From: a virus
Taxonomy: Duplodnaviria; Caudoviricetes
Length of the DNA: 42,170 nucleotides
Strand: one strand, 5' to 3'
IMG/VR virus record: IMGVR_UViG_3300033420_000012
Span: 1-42,170 of that record
In this document: positions 1-11,337 of the stretch, piece by piece
Position numbering within the stretch: the stretch's first letter is position 1
Layout: every line of letters begins with the position of its first letter
Notes under the pieces: model-generated
What the model was told of the DNA's origin: nothing
Database searches by the model: none
What the model saw: only the letters and a program-made list of their open reading frames with translations
Made by a program: the position numbers and the translations under genes

Positions 1-186
1 TTTTTTCCTTCCTCGGACTCACTCCTTCCTCGCATCCTCAGATGCACGCCTTTTTTTCCTTCCTCGGACTCACTCCTTCCTCGCATCCTCAGATGCACGC
101 CTTTTTTTCCTTCCTTCCTCGCATCCTCAGATGCACGCCTTTTTTTCCTTCCTTCCTCGCATCCTCAGATGCACGCCTTTTTTTCT
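1..186. repeat. Tandem repeat array (51-bp units, then 38-bp deletion variants), continuing from the window end
   Basis: Core CTCGCATCCTCAGATGCACGCC at 29, 80, 118, 156; bases 1-94 are identical to 42077-42170. Confidence 0.95.
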
Positions 187-189
187 CTC

Positions 190-620
190 TCCTTCCTTTG
201 TACGTCCATCGAGCAGTCTTTGATATGATTGTCTATTTTGTAGTACACGAGCAAAGGGACAAAACGTGATAGCTTCTTTTGTCTTCTGCTTTTGTGTTTC
301 GTCCATCGAGCATTCTTTTTATGTCTGGCTATGATGACGCCGACGAGTAAAGGTACAAAACGTGACAGCGTAAGGTATTCTTGTTTGATGCGACGGCTCC
401 GTCCGTCGTTCTCCCTTTCTTGCCGTGATGTAGTATCCTGACATGATACTGTTCTTCGTGATTTCGTAGTGTTGTCTTGATTGGTAGCTTCTTTGTTACG
501 CACATCGAGCAGTCTATATATCTCTGGCTATCTGTCGGTCCCGAGTAAAGGTGCATGACGTACTTGGCGTACTTCTTTTCTGTTGCTTTCTCGACGGCTC
601 CGTCCGTCGTTCTCCATTGA
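190..620. repeat. Degenerate ~100/200-nt repeat units
   Basis: CATCGAGCA at 207/304/503; CGAGYAAAGG at 248/344/542; identical 24-mer CGACGGCTCCGTCCGTCGTTCTCC at 391 and 592. Confidence 0.8.
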
Positions 621-1635
621 GGAATCCTTTACGGTGAACCTGTAGTAGCAAACAATCATGGGATTCGTAGTACGTGATTCACTGTGAGGGTGGGTGGTGG
701 GCTGACTGCGGATGCAGGCAGGTACTGCGTCCCTGCTGTGCGTGATTTCTGGTTGCGATGGAAGGTGAGATCGAGATGTCTTGTCTTGTGTTCATCTCGA
801 GATCTCCATCGCTAGCGTACGTGACAGGGACATACGTGTTGCATGACGATGCAATTCGTAGTGAATAGGTCTGCATACATAGCAGGTCTTGTCTTGTGTT
901 CCTGCTGTGTATGCAATCCGCTGGCTTGCATTGATAAGATTGTCTTGCAATCTGTCCTTCTTTGATTATACTTGGATTGTCTTTTAGTCGCACAACTCTG
1001 TTCGACCTGCGATCTTTTCTTTTCAAATGACCAATGGAATACTTGATAGTATTTATTCTATGGCTGTGTGTGTATCTCGATTCGTAGTGTTATGTATGTG
1101 TATAGTAATAGGTGTATCTGTGTGTGTATGATGATTCATTGGATAGCTGGTTGCTGTCTTGATTCTTTGGATAGTGTATGGTTGTCCAAACAATTAAAGA
1201 TTGTTTTGCTTTCTTCTGTTGGATCTTTCATGTGTTGCACATGACACGCTCTCTATTCTCCACGCACAGAACTGTACGTATGTGTGTGCATGATGTGTGT
1301 TAGCTGGCTTTCGTAGTATATATGTGTATGTTATATATAGGTATACATACATGTATCGTGCTGTGATTGTTTTATTGTAATTCTTTTGAATTAAATCTTG
1401 AAAAGATTTTTGATTTTGTTTTTTTGAAATTGTTTTTGATAAAACTTTTGGAAAAGTTTTTTTGTTTTGAATAAAATAAATAATTATTTGTTTGAACTTT
1501 GATTTGAATTGAATTTGTTTTGTGTATTTATTATTATATTATTGTTTACACATATATGAGGAGGGAGTGCAACCCCAATGAGTACACACATATATATATC
1601 TACCACCCCTCACACAATTTTTCCTCAAATCGCCA

Positions 1636-1706
1636 AGCCACATAGTGGCTTTCTCTTCCATGCCAGCCACTCGTGGCTCCTTCTCTACTCCAAGCCACTC
1701 GTGGCT
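1636..1706. promoter_or_regulatory. Three AGCCAC-N2/3-GTGGCT inverted repeats (candidate protein-binding sites)
   Basis: Palindromes at 1636-1650, 1665-1678, 1693-1706, spaced 28-29 bp, just upstream of the packaging operon. Confidence 0.55.
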
Positions 1707-1730
1707 TTCTCTTTAGTTGTCTCCTCTCCC

Positions 1731-2030
1731 ATGTTTTTTAAGAAGTGACATCCCCATGCCCCCAGAATTAGAGGCCCTGAGAAGGCGAAGCCTTTTTTTC
1801 TTCATATCTACGGGCAACGTGGGCCGATGGACCCTGTGAGGATTGTTGGGGATTTCGAGAGTTTGAAGCTGTTGCATAGTGCCATTGGGTATGCGATCAG
1901 GGATGAGGCCTTTTTGCAGTATCCTCGTACGAATGTGAACACGCAGTGTTCTGATGGGGTTGGGTTTTCGGTTGGTGTTGAACTTTCTAAGGACGGGGCT
2001 GGGCTCTTGTTACCTTATTTTATTTCTTAG
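1731..2030 (+). CDS. Hypothetical protein upstream of terL (99 aa, MFFKKGHPHAP...)
   Basis: ATG after a pyrimidine-rich leader; one in-frame TGA joins it to ORF 1827-2030; TAG stop. Confidence 0.65.
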
Positions 2031-2041
2031 GTTGTTTCTTT

Positions 2042-3598
2042 ATGGGTGATATTTCTGTTGGTGATGATGGATTGGCCATGCTTGAGTTTGGCAAGAATAT
2101 GGCTGATAAGAATTGGAGGATGACGAGTGGGATGCTCTATAAGGTGAAGAATAAGAGCGGGGAGATTGTCCCTTTTATTCCTAATATGTTTCAGGCTTGG
2201 TATCTCAAGACGAAGCATAAAAGGAACTTGTTTTTGAAGGTGAGACAGGTCGGGGTGAGTACGGTTATTCAGTTGGATTATTTTGATGATATGGCTTTTA
2301 GTTGATTGAATTTGATGTGTGGTGTGATTACGCAGGATAGGGAGGCGACGCAAAGGTTGTTTGAGGATAAGATATTGTTGGCGTTTAATAATTTGCCGTC
2401 GTTTGTAAAGGAGCAGTTTACTGCGGATACGGATAATGCGAATCAGTTGACGTTGACGAATAGGATGACTGGGGCTACTGGAACGTTTAGGGTGGCGACG
2501 TCGTTTAGATCGGGTACGATCCAGAGGTTGCATGTATCGGAGTTGGGACCTATTGCCACGGCTGATCCTTTGAAGGCGAGAGAGATCAATAAGGGATCTA
2601 TCGAGGCTGTGGCTATTGATGGGATGGTGAGTGTCGAGAGTACGTCGTCTGGGGATAGTGGATTGTTTTATGATATGTGTGAGATGTATAGTAAGAAGGA
2701 CCCGAAGACGTTATCGCCTTTGGATTTCAAGTTTTACTTCTTTCCTTGGTATTTACAGAGTGAATATGAATATAGTGGGTTTGTCCATATTACGGATGAG
2801 TATGTGAAGTACTTTGCGGATTTAGAGAGGGATTGGGGTGTTGTTTTGTCTGATTCGAAGAAGAAGTGGTATGTCTTGAAGTCTGAGCAGAAGAAGCTGA
2901 CGGGGAAAAATGATATGTTTCAGGAGTACCCGAGTGTCTATAAGGAGGCGTTTTGGGCGAGCGTTGAGGGAGCGTATTTTGATCAGAAGTTTGATACGAT
3001 TATGGCACAGGGGAGGATTAGTAATGTGCCGTATGATCCCGCAGGGTTTGTGTATACGGTTTGGGATTTGGGTTGAGGTGGTTGAGGTGATGACACTGTT
3101 ATTTGGTGGTTTCAGGTATTCGGGAATGAGATAAGGTGGATAGATTATTGGGAGGGGAACGATCAGGATTTGCTCCAGACTATCAATTTCCAGGTTAAGA
3201 CGAAGCCATACAGATATGGGAGGCATATTGGGCCACATGATTTGATGGCACATCATGGGTATCAGCAGACAAGGTTTCAGCTGGCTAGGAGCAATGGGAT
3301 TGAGTTCTTTGTCGTTCCGCAAGTGGGGAAGTCGGAGACAATCCAGTTGGCGAAAAATATACTGTCGCAAAGTTGGTTTGATAAAAATAAAACTTTGACT
3401 TGATATTCCAGATTAAAAAGGTATAAGAAAAAATACGATAGGGGTTCTGGGAAGACATTGAACTTTCCTGATCATAATGAAGATAGCCATGCGTCCGATG
3501 CTTTTCAGTACGGTTCTTGGCGAGTTACACATGTTTTGGGTTTTAAGCCGAAGGCGTCGGTTGCTCCTGTGTCTTTTCTTGGTGCGAAGTATAAATAG
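2042..3598 (+). CDS. terL: Terminase large subunit (518 aa)
   Basis: LKVRQVGVST Walker A, LHVSE Walker B, ESTS motif III, WDLG and PDHNEDSHASDAFQY nuclease motifs; continuous when TGA=Gly. Confidence 0.95.
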
Positions 3599-3621
3599 TT
3601 TTTATTTTCTCTTCTTTGTCT

Positions 3622-5502
3622 ATGGCTTGATTCATACAACTTTCTAGCAATGATGCTGTTCTTGCTGGTGATCAGATCAATTATGAGTGGGCATTGTCGA
3701 CGGCACATGCGAATCAGAAAAAGATTGAGTTTCAAGAGAGGAAAAAGGATTTTTTCCTTTGACCTGATCTGACTGACCCGATGAAGTCGAGGATAAATTT
3801 GGTCTATGAGAATGTGAATAATCTCATGGGGTTTTTTCTTATGAATAAAATGTCTGTGGATTTTAGAGGCAGGGCATCTGACGAGAAAAGACTTGACCTT
3901 GTAAATAAGAAGGCGGAGTCTGATTATAGAAAGATGAAAATGGACAGAGTGGAACACGATAGTCTATTTGATATGTTTTTGTGTGGTCCTGGTATTACGA
4001 TGTTTGATGGATATTTGGTTGGTAGGAATTGTCCGATCGTTTCGTCTCGTGATGTGACGACATTTAATCCTGATCCCGTAGGGCGAGGTGATATTGAGAA
4101 CTTTAGATTTTTTGGGTTTGATGGATATATGACGAAACAGGAGATGTTGGATAGGAAATATGTGAATTTGGAAAATCTTGTACTTCCGAAGGATAGAAAA
4201 GATTTGTTGAAGGATTACACGGAGAATACGTTGATGTCGTCTGCGTATTATCAGGTGTATCATCATTATTTCAAGAAGAATGGGTTGAGGTATTTGGCAA
4301 CTGTTACTCGTCCCGATGGGGAGAAGTCGAAGACGTTGTTAGTACACAATTTGGTACAAATTGATGTGAAGGTTGATGGTGAGTATGTTTGGCCTGGTGT
4401 TATTGAGTATTTTTTTCCGCAAAGGAATAGCTGGCATGGATGATCTGTTTACGATCTGACATATGATAAACAGACTGCTTTGTCTTGTCTTTTCAATTCT
4501 GCTATCTACAAGACTGTTAGGGCGAGCGTTTGAGCGAGTGTCTTGGTTGATGATTCTTTGACCAATTTGGAGAACTTTAGGAATCTGACGCTTGATCCAA
4601 AGGTTATTCCTGTTGATACATCTGGTGGGATTAAGAAGCTCGCTGATATGTATCATGAAGTTGAGAGAAATGTCGCTCCTGATGATACGTATACTTTACA
4701 GGATAGGCTTTACAAACGTGCTTTCGCTGAGTCTGGTACAGAGATGGGTGAAGTTGGTGATCGTGCGACATCACAAGAAGTGAAAGTTGCTAATGCTCCG
4801 CAGGAGGCTCGTATGTGATTGATCGACAAAAGGAGATATCGAGCGAAGGGAGATTTTTGGCAGAAGTGGTATGCTTTGACATCTTGTTTTATGTCAGAAT
4901 ATAAGATAAACGCCGAGTTTTCTTTGCCTTGACGTTATAGAAGTAGATATTTCTCTGTGGATAGTAGTACTTTTAAGGAAAATGATTGTCTGGATGTCTT
5001 TGTTGTGTCTAAACGTGATGAGGATGCGGAGAATGATGCTATTTTGATCGATTACATGGCAATTTATGCTATTATCTCGGAGATTGCGAAGGATAAGTTG
5101 AACTATACGTCAGAGATTAGGAAAGCAGCTCGTTATATGTTGAAATTGAAAGGTTTTGGATCTGACGAGGTATCCGAGTTTGTCCCCTTATCGTACGATG
5201 AATCGAAAGCGTCCGAACAGGCTCGTCTTTTGAAGGATGGTGTCGATGTTACTGGGTCGAAGACTGATTTATGGCAAGATCATGAGGCGTATTTGTCAGA
5301 GTTTTGACAGCTTAATCCTACGATGTTGGTCCAGAAAGCTATTGACGAACGTAGTAAGATGCTTTCGAATAGGATACAGGAGGAAAAGAGAGTTGAGCTC
5401 GCTTCTTTGAAGTCCTGAGGGACGAAAAAGAAGACTGGCGATACATCGAATGCTATAAAGAACCAGCTTGTGTCGAGTACGATTGCGAAATCTAAAAAAT
5501 AG
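3622..5502 (+). CDS. Portal protein (626 aa)
   Basis: Directly after terL and of typical size; fragments 3781, 4543, 4957 share one frame joined by TGA; TAG stop. Confidence 0.8.
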
Positions 5503-5533
5503 TATATTTTTTTTATCTCTTTCTTTCTTTTCT

Positions 5534-5992
5534 ATGGCAAAACATAAAGTGAAAGTCGCCGAAGGCGATTTGTCTATTGAACAATCTCCTATGAATGGTC
5601 CGAATCCAGAATTCGTTCCGATGGAACTTCCCCAGGTCGCCGAAGGCGATTTGTCTATTGAGCAACCAGCTATGGTTGATGGCCAGCCTGTTCGTGCTGA
5701 TGGTGGTTATGGTTCTCCTGAAGCTAGCGAAAGCGTCCCGATGGAGCTTCCCGAGGTCGACGAAGTCGACAAAAATTTTGAGGATGCTGTTATTGGTGTT
5801 GATCCTGCTGAAGTCGGTGGTGATGAAACTGTCGTCGAGTATGAAAACCTAGTTTTCGATAATCGACACGTGAAGCTCGCTGTTGGTTTAGTACTTCGTG
5901 GGTCTCATGATGATATGGTTATCGAGACAAACGATGGTATCACCTTGTGTTCCATCTCTGCTCCCGCTAGGACGTTCCCTGCTTTTGTGTAG
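5534..5992 (+). CDS. Acidic hypothetical protein with internal repeats (152 aa)
   Basis: VAEGDLSIEQ x2 and VPMELP x2; ATG after pyrimidine leader. Confidence 0.75.
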   Translation: MAKHKVKVAEGDLSIEQSPMNGPNPEFVPMELPQVAEGDLSIEQPAMVDGQPVRADGGYGSPEASESVPMELPEVDEVDKNFEDAVIGVDPAEVGGDETVVEYENLVFDNRHVKLAVGLVLRGSHDDMVIETNDGITLCSISAPARTFPAFV

Positions 5993-6027
5993 TTTATTTG
6001 TTTTTTATTTCTTTTTTTCTTTCTACC

Positions 6028-6483
6028 ATGCTAGAATTTGTTTATCCTATTAAGGATCTCGCCGATGCAAACTATGCGAGGCGTCTTGATTGTCTGCCAG
6101 AGCTCTATGATCTCTCTTTTGATGATGAGCTTCTGACATCTACCTCTTTGGATGTATTAAAGGGTTTTCTTCTTGCGTTGCAAGAAAAGCATATCACTCT
6201 TGTCACTCCTATTACGGCCACGCCGTTTGTCGTTGCGACAAACAATTGTGCTATTGTGGACATCGATACGAAGTGATCGTTTGTCCATGTTGATGGTGTC
6301 ATCCATACTGATAAGAAGGATGTCGCCGAGAAAAGAAAGGCGTTAGTTAGTATGAATGAGTCGCTTTGGACAAAGTGTGATGAGAATTATTATGTCATGA
6401 AGCAGTACGAGGCGATGATCGCTTTCGTAAAGAAAGCTATCCGTAAAAAACAGAATTTCTTCCAGAGACTTTTACCTCTTTAA
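6028..6483 (+). CDS. Hypothetical protein (151 aa)
   Basis: Open with one TGA; pyrimidine leader; TAA stop. Confidence 0.75.
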
Positions 6484-6496
6484 CCTCTTTTCCTCC

Positions 6497-7042
6497 ATGC
6501 CTGGTTTTTGACAAACAACTTCTCTCGGTTGAGCTTCTGTGACTATTGATTTGGATGGTGGTGATGGTTCGCAAGAGCTCAAGAGAGCGATGCAGAAAGA
6601 TAGGGTTGACCGTATTATGGAAAAGTATGGTATTCGCCCTATTGATAAGACTGACCATCACCGTTTTGTCCTTTATAATATCCAAGAGTCCGATCGACCT
6701 ATTTTGACACAGCATTTCAAGCAGTGCAAGATGCAACAGTGAATGCCTTATGAAGACTTTGATTTTGGCGTAGCCCAGATGAGATATGTCGAGATGAATG
6801 GTGACAAGCCTGTTTGACTTTCTCCTGATATCAATTATGAGAGATTTCTCGCAGAAGATAAAGAGAAACATCCTGAGGCGTACAAGAAGAAGGAGGATTG
6901 AGAGACTGAAAGGTCTTCTGACAATTCTCAGATGATGGACATGATGAAGACGATGTTGACCGAGATTACTGGTTTCAAAGAAGAGTACGACGCCGATAAG
7001 GCGGAGACTATGAGAAGACTCAAACTGTTGGAGTCAAAATAA
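6497..7042 (+). CDS. Hypothetical protein (181 aa)
   Basis: Open through several TGA; pyrimidine leader; TAA stop. Confidence 0.75.
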
Positions 7043-7066
7043 TTTTATTTCTTTCCCCTCTTTTCC

Positions 7067-7459
7067 ATGGCAAAAGTTTTAGATAGCGACGAAGAAGAAG
7101 TGGCAACGCCCGATCTTCGTGCTTTACTTGCTCGTCTTCATAATGATATCCTACCCAAGATTCTTGAGGTAGATAAAAAATGTGATTTTTTGATTTCTAA
7201 TAATGGTCTCGATGAGACATATAAGAAATTTCTCGCTAAAGGTAGCGATGATAGTTTTCTAAAGCCTGCCAAGGCTGTTTGTGAGTTTTATGGGTATCCT
7301 CTTTGTCAGTTAGAAAATGTCCATTTCTGGGCTGGTATCAACGTTAGGAAGCAAGAGCATCTTGATATCTTGTTCGCTTATTGGGATTTTAAGTCTATTT
7401 CGTATTCTGTCGATAATTTTACCGTTACCCCTTTTGAAAAATGACAAAAGAACAAATAG
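7067..7459 (+). CDS. Hypothetical protein (130 aa)
   Basis: ORF-track ORF extended through TGA 7442 to TAG. Confidence 0.75.
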
Positions 7460-7728
7460 ATGCCGTCGATGCAATGTGCAAGATGCCATGATGGGCGGTT
7501 CTTTCGTCTGTGATTAACGATACACTCCACGACGTGGAGAAGATTATTTTGAATGGTATGGTCCCCGAGGAGGAAAAGATGTCTTTCATCGCTCGTCGTC
7601 GGTTTCTAAAGTATATGCTTTCTTTGCCTGCTGATCTTTTTAAGAGTTACAAGAATTTTATGAATACTCCCCTTCCTGGATCTTCCACGTCGAATGCGGA
7701 TTTTGTGAAACAATATAAGTTGTACTAA
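7441..7728 (+). CDS. Small head-module protein (95 aa)
   Basis: MTKEQIDAVDAMCKMPGWAVL...; lies between portal and scaffold. Confidence 0.7.
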
Positions 7729-7764
7729 TTTTCTCTTGCTTTTTATTTTTTTTCCCTTATACCC

Positions 7765-8457
7765 ATGCCAAATCAACTTCCGCCAGTTCCAGGCATAAAC
7801 GGATCGCCTACTTGAGGCACAAATCAAGGCTGACAAGTCGTTACTCCGAATCAACAATGACAAGATGGAATGAATGGACAGGCACCTGCATGACAGCAAC
7901 CCTCTGGGACTGATCGACTGCAAGCATTGTACGCTCAATCTCCACAACTCGAAACTTACTTAAAACATTTGGAATCTGAAGCTAGAAGACCCCTTTTGGC
8001 AAAGGTCAACATCCTCTCGGAGGAATTGAACAATGCAAAGAAGGGTGGTACTCCTCAATGACCACAGTCTGGTGACGATCAACAGAAAGGGAAAGACAAG
8101 CCCTTGACGTTGTGAGACCTTGATGCGTATTTCAATAATAGGCAAAATGCTGAGAAAGAAAGTGCTGAGAGTCAAAGAGTCGAACAGGAAAAAGGTGCAT
8201 TCGTGCAAAAGTTTCCCGAAGCGATTCCGCATCTCGAAGTCCTTCCTAACATACGCAAGATGCTTGGGCTTTCCTATGAGTGAGCTTGGAAGTTTTTTCA
8301 AAATAATATACTCCCACAATGAAATATACAAGGCGTCCCCGCATGATCTCAAGCTAGCAACACCAATACATCCACTGCATGAGCAGGTGGTGTGCCTGGT
8401 GCGAAAGGTCCGAGTCGTGACGATGCTGAAAAGGTTTTTTGAGCAAAGTACCTATAG
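7765..8457 (+). CDS. Capsid scaffolding protein (230 aa)
   Basis: Absent from the standard-code track (about 10 TGA); Q/G/P-rich N-terminus and charged helical core; immediately upstream of the capsid gene. Confidence 0.75.
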
Positions 8458-8493
8458 GGTACTTTTTTTTTATTTCATTTTTTCTCTTTTCTT

Positions 8494-9459
8494 ATGCCTA
8501 CTTACAATTGACTTAAAGCGAGTACGTCCACTTCTGCGGATGCTTTTACAGATTTCTTGAATAGGAAAGTTTTAGATAATTTTGAACCAAGCCTTGTGTT
8601 TAGTCAATTTTCTGAGACACCTATTTCTGATGCTGGTACTGATGAAGTTATTTGGGCAAAAATGCCTGCTTTCAATGCTTCTCCTGCACAGGTTGAGCTT
8701 CTTGATGGCGAAACGCCTCCTCCTATTTCCTACACTGTTGACACGATCAAGACTACTTCGAAAGAATATGGTCTTTACGCTGTCATCACGAAGAAAATGA
8801 ATAAGAAAGTTGCATTTAATCTTACGGAGAAAATTGCAATGAATCTTGGAGAGAACATGGCGAGAATTATCGACACTGTCTATCAAATGGAAGTTGTTGA
8901 TAACGCTACAAATAGAATCTATGCGTCAACGACCTCAGGTGGTACTAGAGCCGCTAATAGAGCCGCTATGACTGGTATTACTTACAAAATGTTTACGTAC
9001 GATATCGCAGCTGCTGTTACGACACTTCGTGCTCTTAATTCTCCAACCTTTATGGGTGGCCATTATGTCGGTATCCTCCATCCTTTGGTTGCTCACCGAA
9101 TTTCGACAGATGTTGGTACTGGTGGTCGGTTGGCTATCAAACAATATACTGTTGAAGGTCAAGGAAGCATCTATCGTGGTGAAATTGGTATGATCCACGG
9201 TGCGAGAATTATCGTGTCATCTAATATCAAAACATATGCGTCAACGACTACTGTTTATCCTTCTGTGTTCCTCGGAAAAGGTGCGTATGGTGGTACAACG
9301 TTAGAAGCTCTTCAAACTATCGTCAAGCCTTTTGGCTCAGGTGGTACAGAAGATCCTTTGAACCAAAGAATGACTGAAGCTGTTAGTGTTTCTTTTGCTT
9401 GCAAAATCTTACAACAGAACTCAATCGTTGTATTTGAATCTGCTGGTGCAACTCCATAA
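8494..9459 (+). CDS. Major capsid protein, N4-gp56-like (321 aa)
   Basis: YVGILHP, GEIGMIHGARII and GSGGTEDPLNQR motifs; position after scaffold. Confidence 0.9.
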
Positions 9460-9510
9460 CAAACGGCAACCCTCTAATGTTTCCTTTTTATCTCTTTCCC
9501 TTTCTTTTTT

Positions 9511-10296
9511 ATGACTCCTAATTTAACTGATAGTCAGACTTCCTTCAAGTCTAATAGGATTGCAAGACAAATGCAAGAAAACTATATGATCGAAAATTTC
9601 AAAAACCTTCCTATGGGTTCTTTGATTTCTGGTAAAGGTATTCCTGTTGTCACTGATGCTACGTATAATCTTTTGTATGTAGGTGCAAGTGTCCTTTATA
9701 CATGGAATATCAATGCACAAGCTTTGATTATCCCTGCATATAATGCGAATGGTTTGGATATTTCTATGGACCAAACTGCTGGTGATGGAATCGAAATCTC
9801 TCCTGCTTATGGTGTCAATGCGAATACAAGATTTGGTTTCGTTATCGATACTGCTCCTAAGGGTTTCTTCGTAAGAGCAAAGATTTCTGTATCTGATGTG
9901 TCTGATGTTGCTGAATTGTCTGTTGGGTTTAGAAAGAACGCTACTGCGGCTAATGCTCTTTCTTCTCATACTGATTATGCTCTTTTGCAATTGATCGCTG
10001 GAGATATCAAGACAGAAACTAGATTGAATACTGGTACTGCTAGTACTGTCGATACAACTCTTAATTGGGCTGATGCTGGAACATACACTCTCAGAGTTGA
10101 TGTTGCTGTGAATGGCAAAACTACGTTTACCGTTCTTGATAGTAATGATGTTGTTGTTTCTACTGGTTTTGTTTCTCAAGATTTCCAATTTGACACTGGT
10201 GATACAGTTATCCCTTGTATTAGACAAATTCTCGGAACTGATGGGACTTGTTCTATCATCCTTAAAGAATTTGAATGTGGATACCAACATGTGTAA
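9511..10296 (+). CDS. Putative virion structural/decoration protein (261 aa)
   Basis: Beta-rich ORF right after the capsid gene; no TGA; codon usage similar to the capsid gene. Confidence 0.65.
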   Translation: MTPNLTDSQTSFKSNRIARQMQENYMIENFKNLPMGSLISGKGIPVVTDATYNLLYVGASVLYTWNINAQALIIPAYNANGLDISMDQTAGDGIEISPAYGVNANTRFGFVIDTAPKGFFVRAKISVSDVSDVAELSVGFRKNATAANALSSHTDYALLQLIAGDIKTETRLNTGTASTVDTTLNWADAGTYTLRVDVAVNGKTTFTVLDSNDVVVSTGFVSQDFQFDTGDTVIPCIRQILGTDGTCSIILKEFECGYQHV

Positions 10297-10308
10297 TTTT
10301 TCCAATAC

Positions 10309-10350
10309 GTGGGGGCGGTCGCATGGGATCGTCCCCATTATTAGATCTTT
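10309..10350 (+). terminator. Hairpin after the capsid genes
   Basis: TGGGGGCGGTC/GATCGTCCCCA stem followed by T-rich sequence. Confidence 0.5.
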
Positions 10351-10377
10351 TGCTTTTTATCTTTTTTCTTTTCTTTC

Positions 10378-11337
10378 ATGGCTTTTACTACAGTTCAACA
10401 CATTGTCGATTATGCAAAATCTCTCGCTGGTGTCGATGCCGTTCAAGGTATAGACAATTTCTGTTTGGAGCTTTTGAATGATGCCCATCAAGTCCAGATG
10501 GAAAAAACCAAGCTTCTCGAAGAGAACTATATCGAGACACAACAGGTCATAAGTGCACAGCCGTATACGAATGAGTATACGCTTGCGACTGATGTCGATA
10601 AGGTTTTGTTGGTCAATGTTTTGTATTCTGTCCCATCTGATTCTGCTTGGGTTACTGGTACTGCGTATGCGAAAGGTGCGAAAGTTACCGAGAGCGGTAA
10701 GAGATATATTGCTATGTCTGCGTTCACGTCGAAGACTACTTTTTTGAAAGATCTCGCTGGGTCTGAGACCGCTACTGCTTGGCTTCCTACTACGTCATAT
10801 ACGATCACTACGTCATATGTCTATTACAATGGCAAAGGATATCAATGTGCATCGACACACACGTCTGGGACTACTTTTGATGAGACGAAATGGACAGAGT
10901 TGTTTGTCGGTCGAAGACAGATTTATGAGGGGTATGTGCCCGCAAGAAAGATCAACCGAGAGAATAAGGCTGTTTCTGCTTACAACCAATATGTTGTTGA
11001 AAGCCCTGTCTTTATGTTCCAGAATAACAAGATCAAGATTTTCCCATATCCTACTGTTGCCGTTACTGAATGATTGCTTTTGGTATATTCCCAGAAGGTC
11101 ACTGACTTGACGCTTGCGTCTGCAACATCGTTGCTTGGGTTCGATCAGAGATATTGGAGATTGCTTGCAAGTGCGATTGTACCTGGTATATTCCAAAGTC
11201 TCCAGCAAGATCAGAGAATGCAAAATGCTATTGTGACCTACAATAACAAATTGCTTGAATATCTGAAATATACAAACAATCGTTATGAGACTGCGGAAAC
11301 ACAAATCTTGCCTGATCTTTCACATTATGCTAAATAA
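10378..11337 (+). CDS. Head-tail adaptor-like protein with inserted carbohydrate-binding-like modules (319 aa)
   Basis: Adaptor-like N-terminus (LELLNDA) and IKIFPYP C-region; internal AWVTGTAY..G..V and AWLPTTSY..VYYNGKGYQC..THTS repeats. Confidence 0.65.

Noticed and set aside
1-186. Terminal repeats as a CRISPR array
   Set aside because: Inter-repeat segments are identical or simply deleted, there are no unique spacers, and there are no cas genes
9523-10338. Long antisense ORFs (e.g. 9523-10338, 11325-12002, 2027-2533)
   Set aside because: Shadows of well-supported + strand genes
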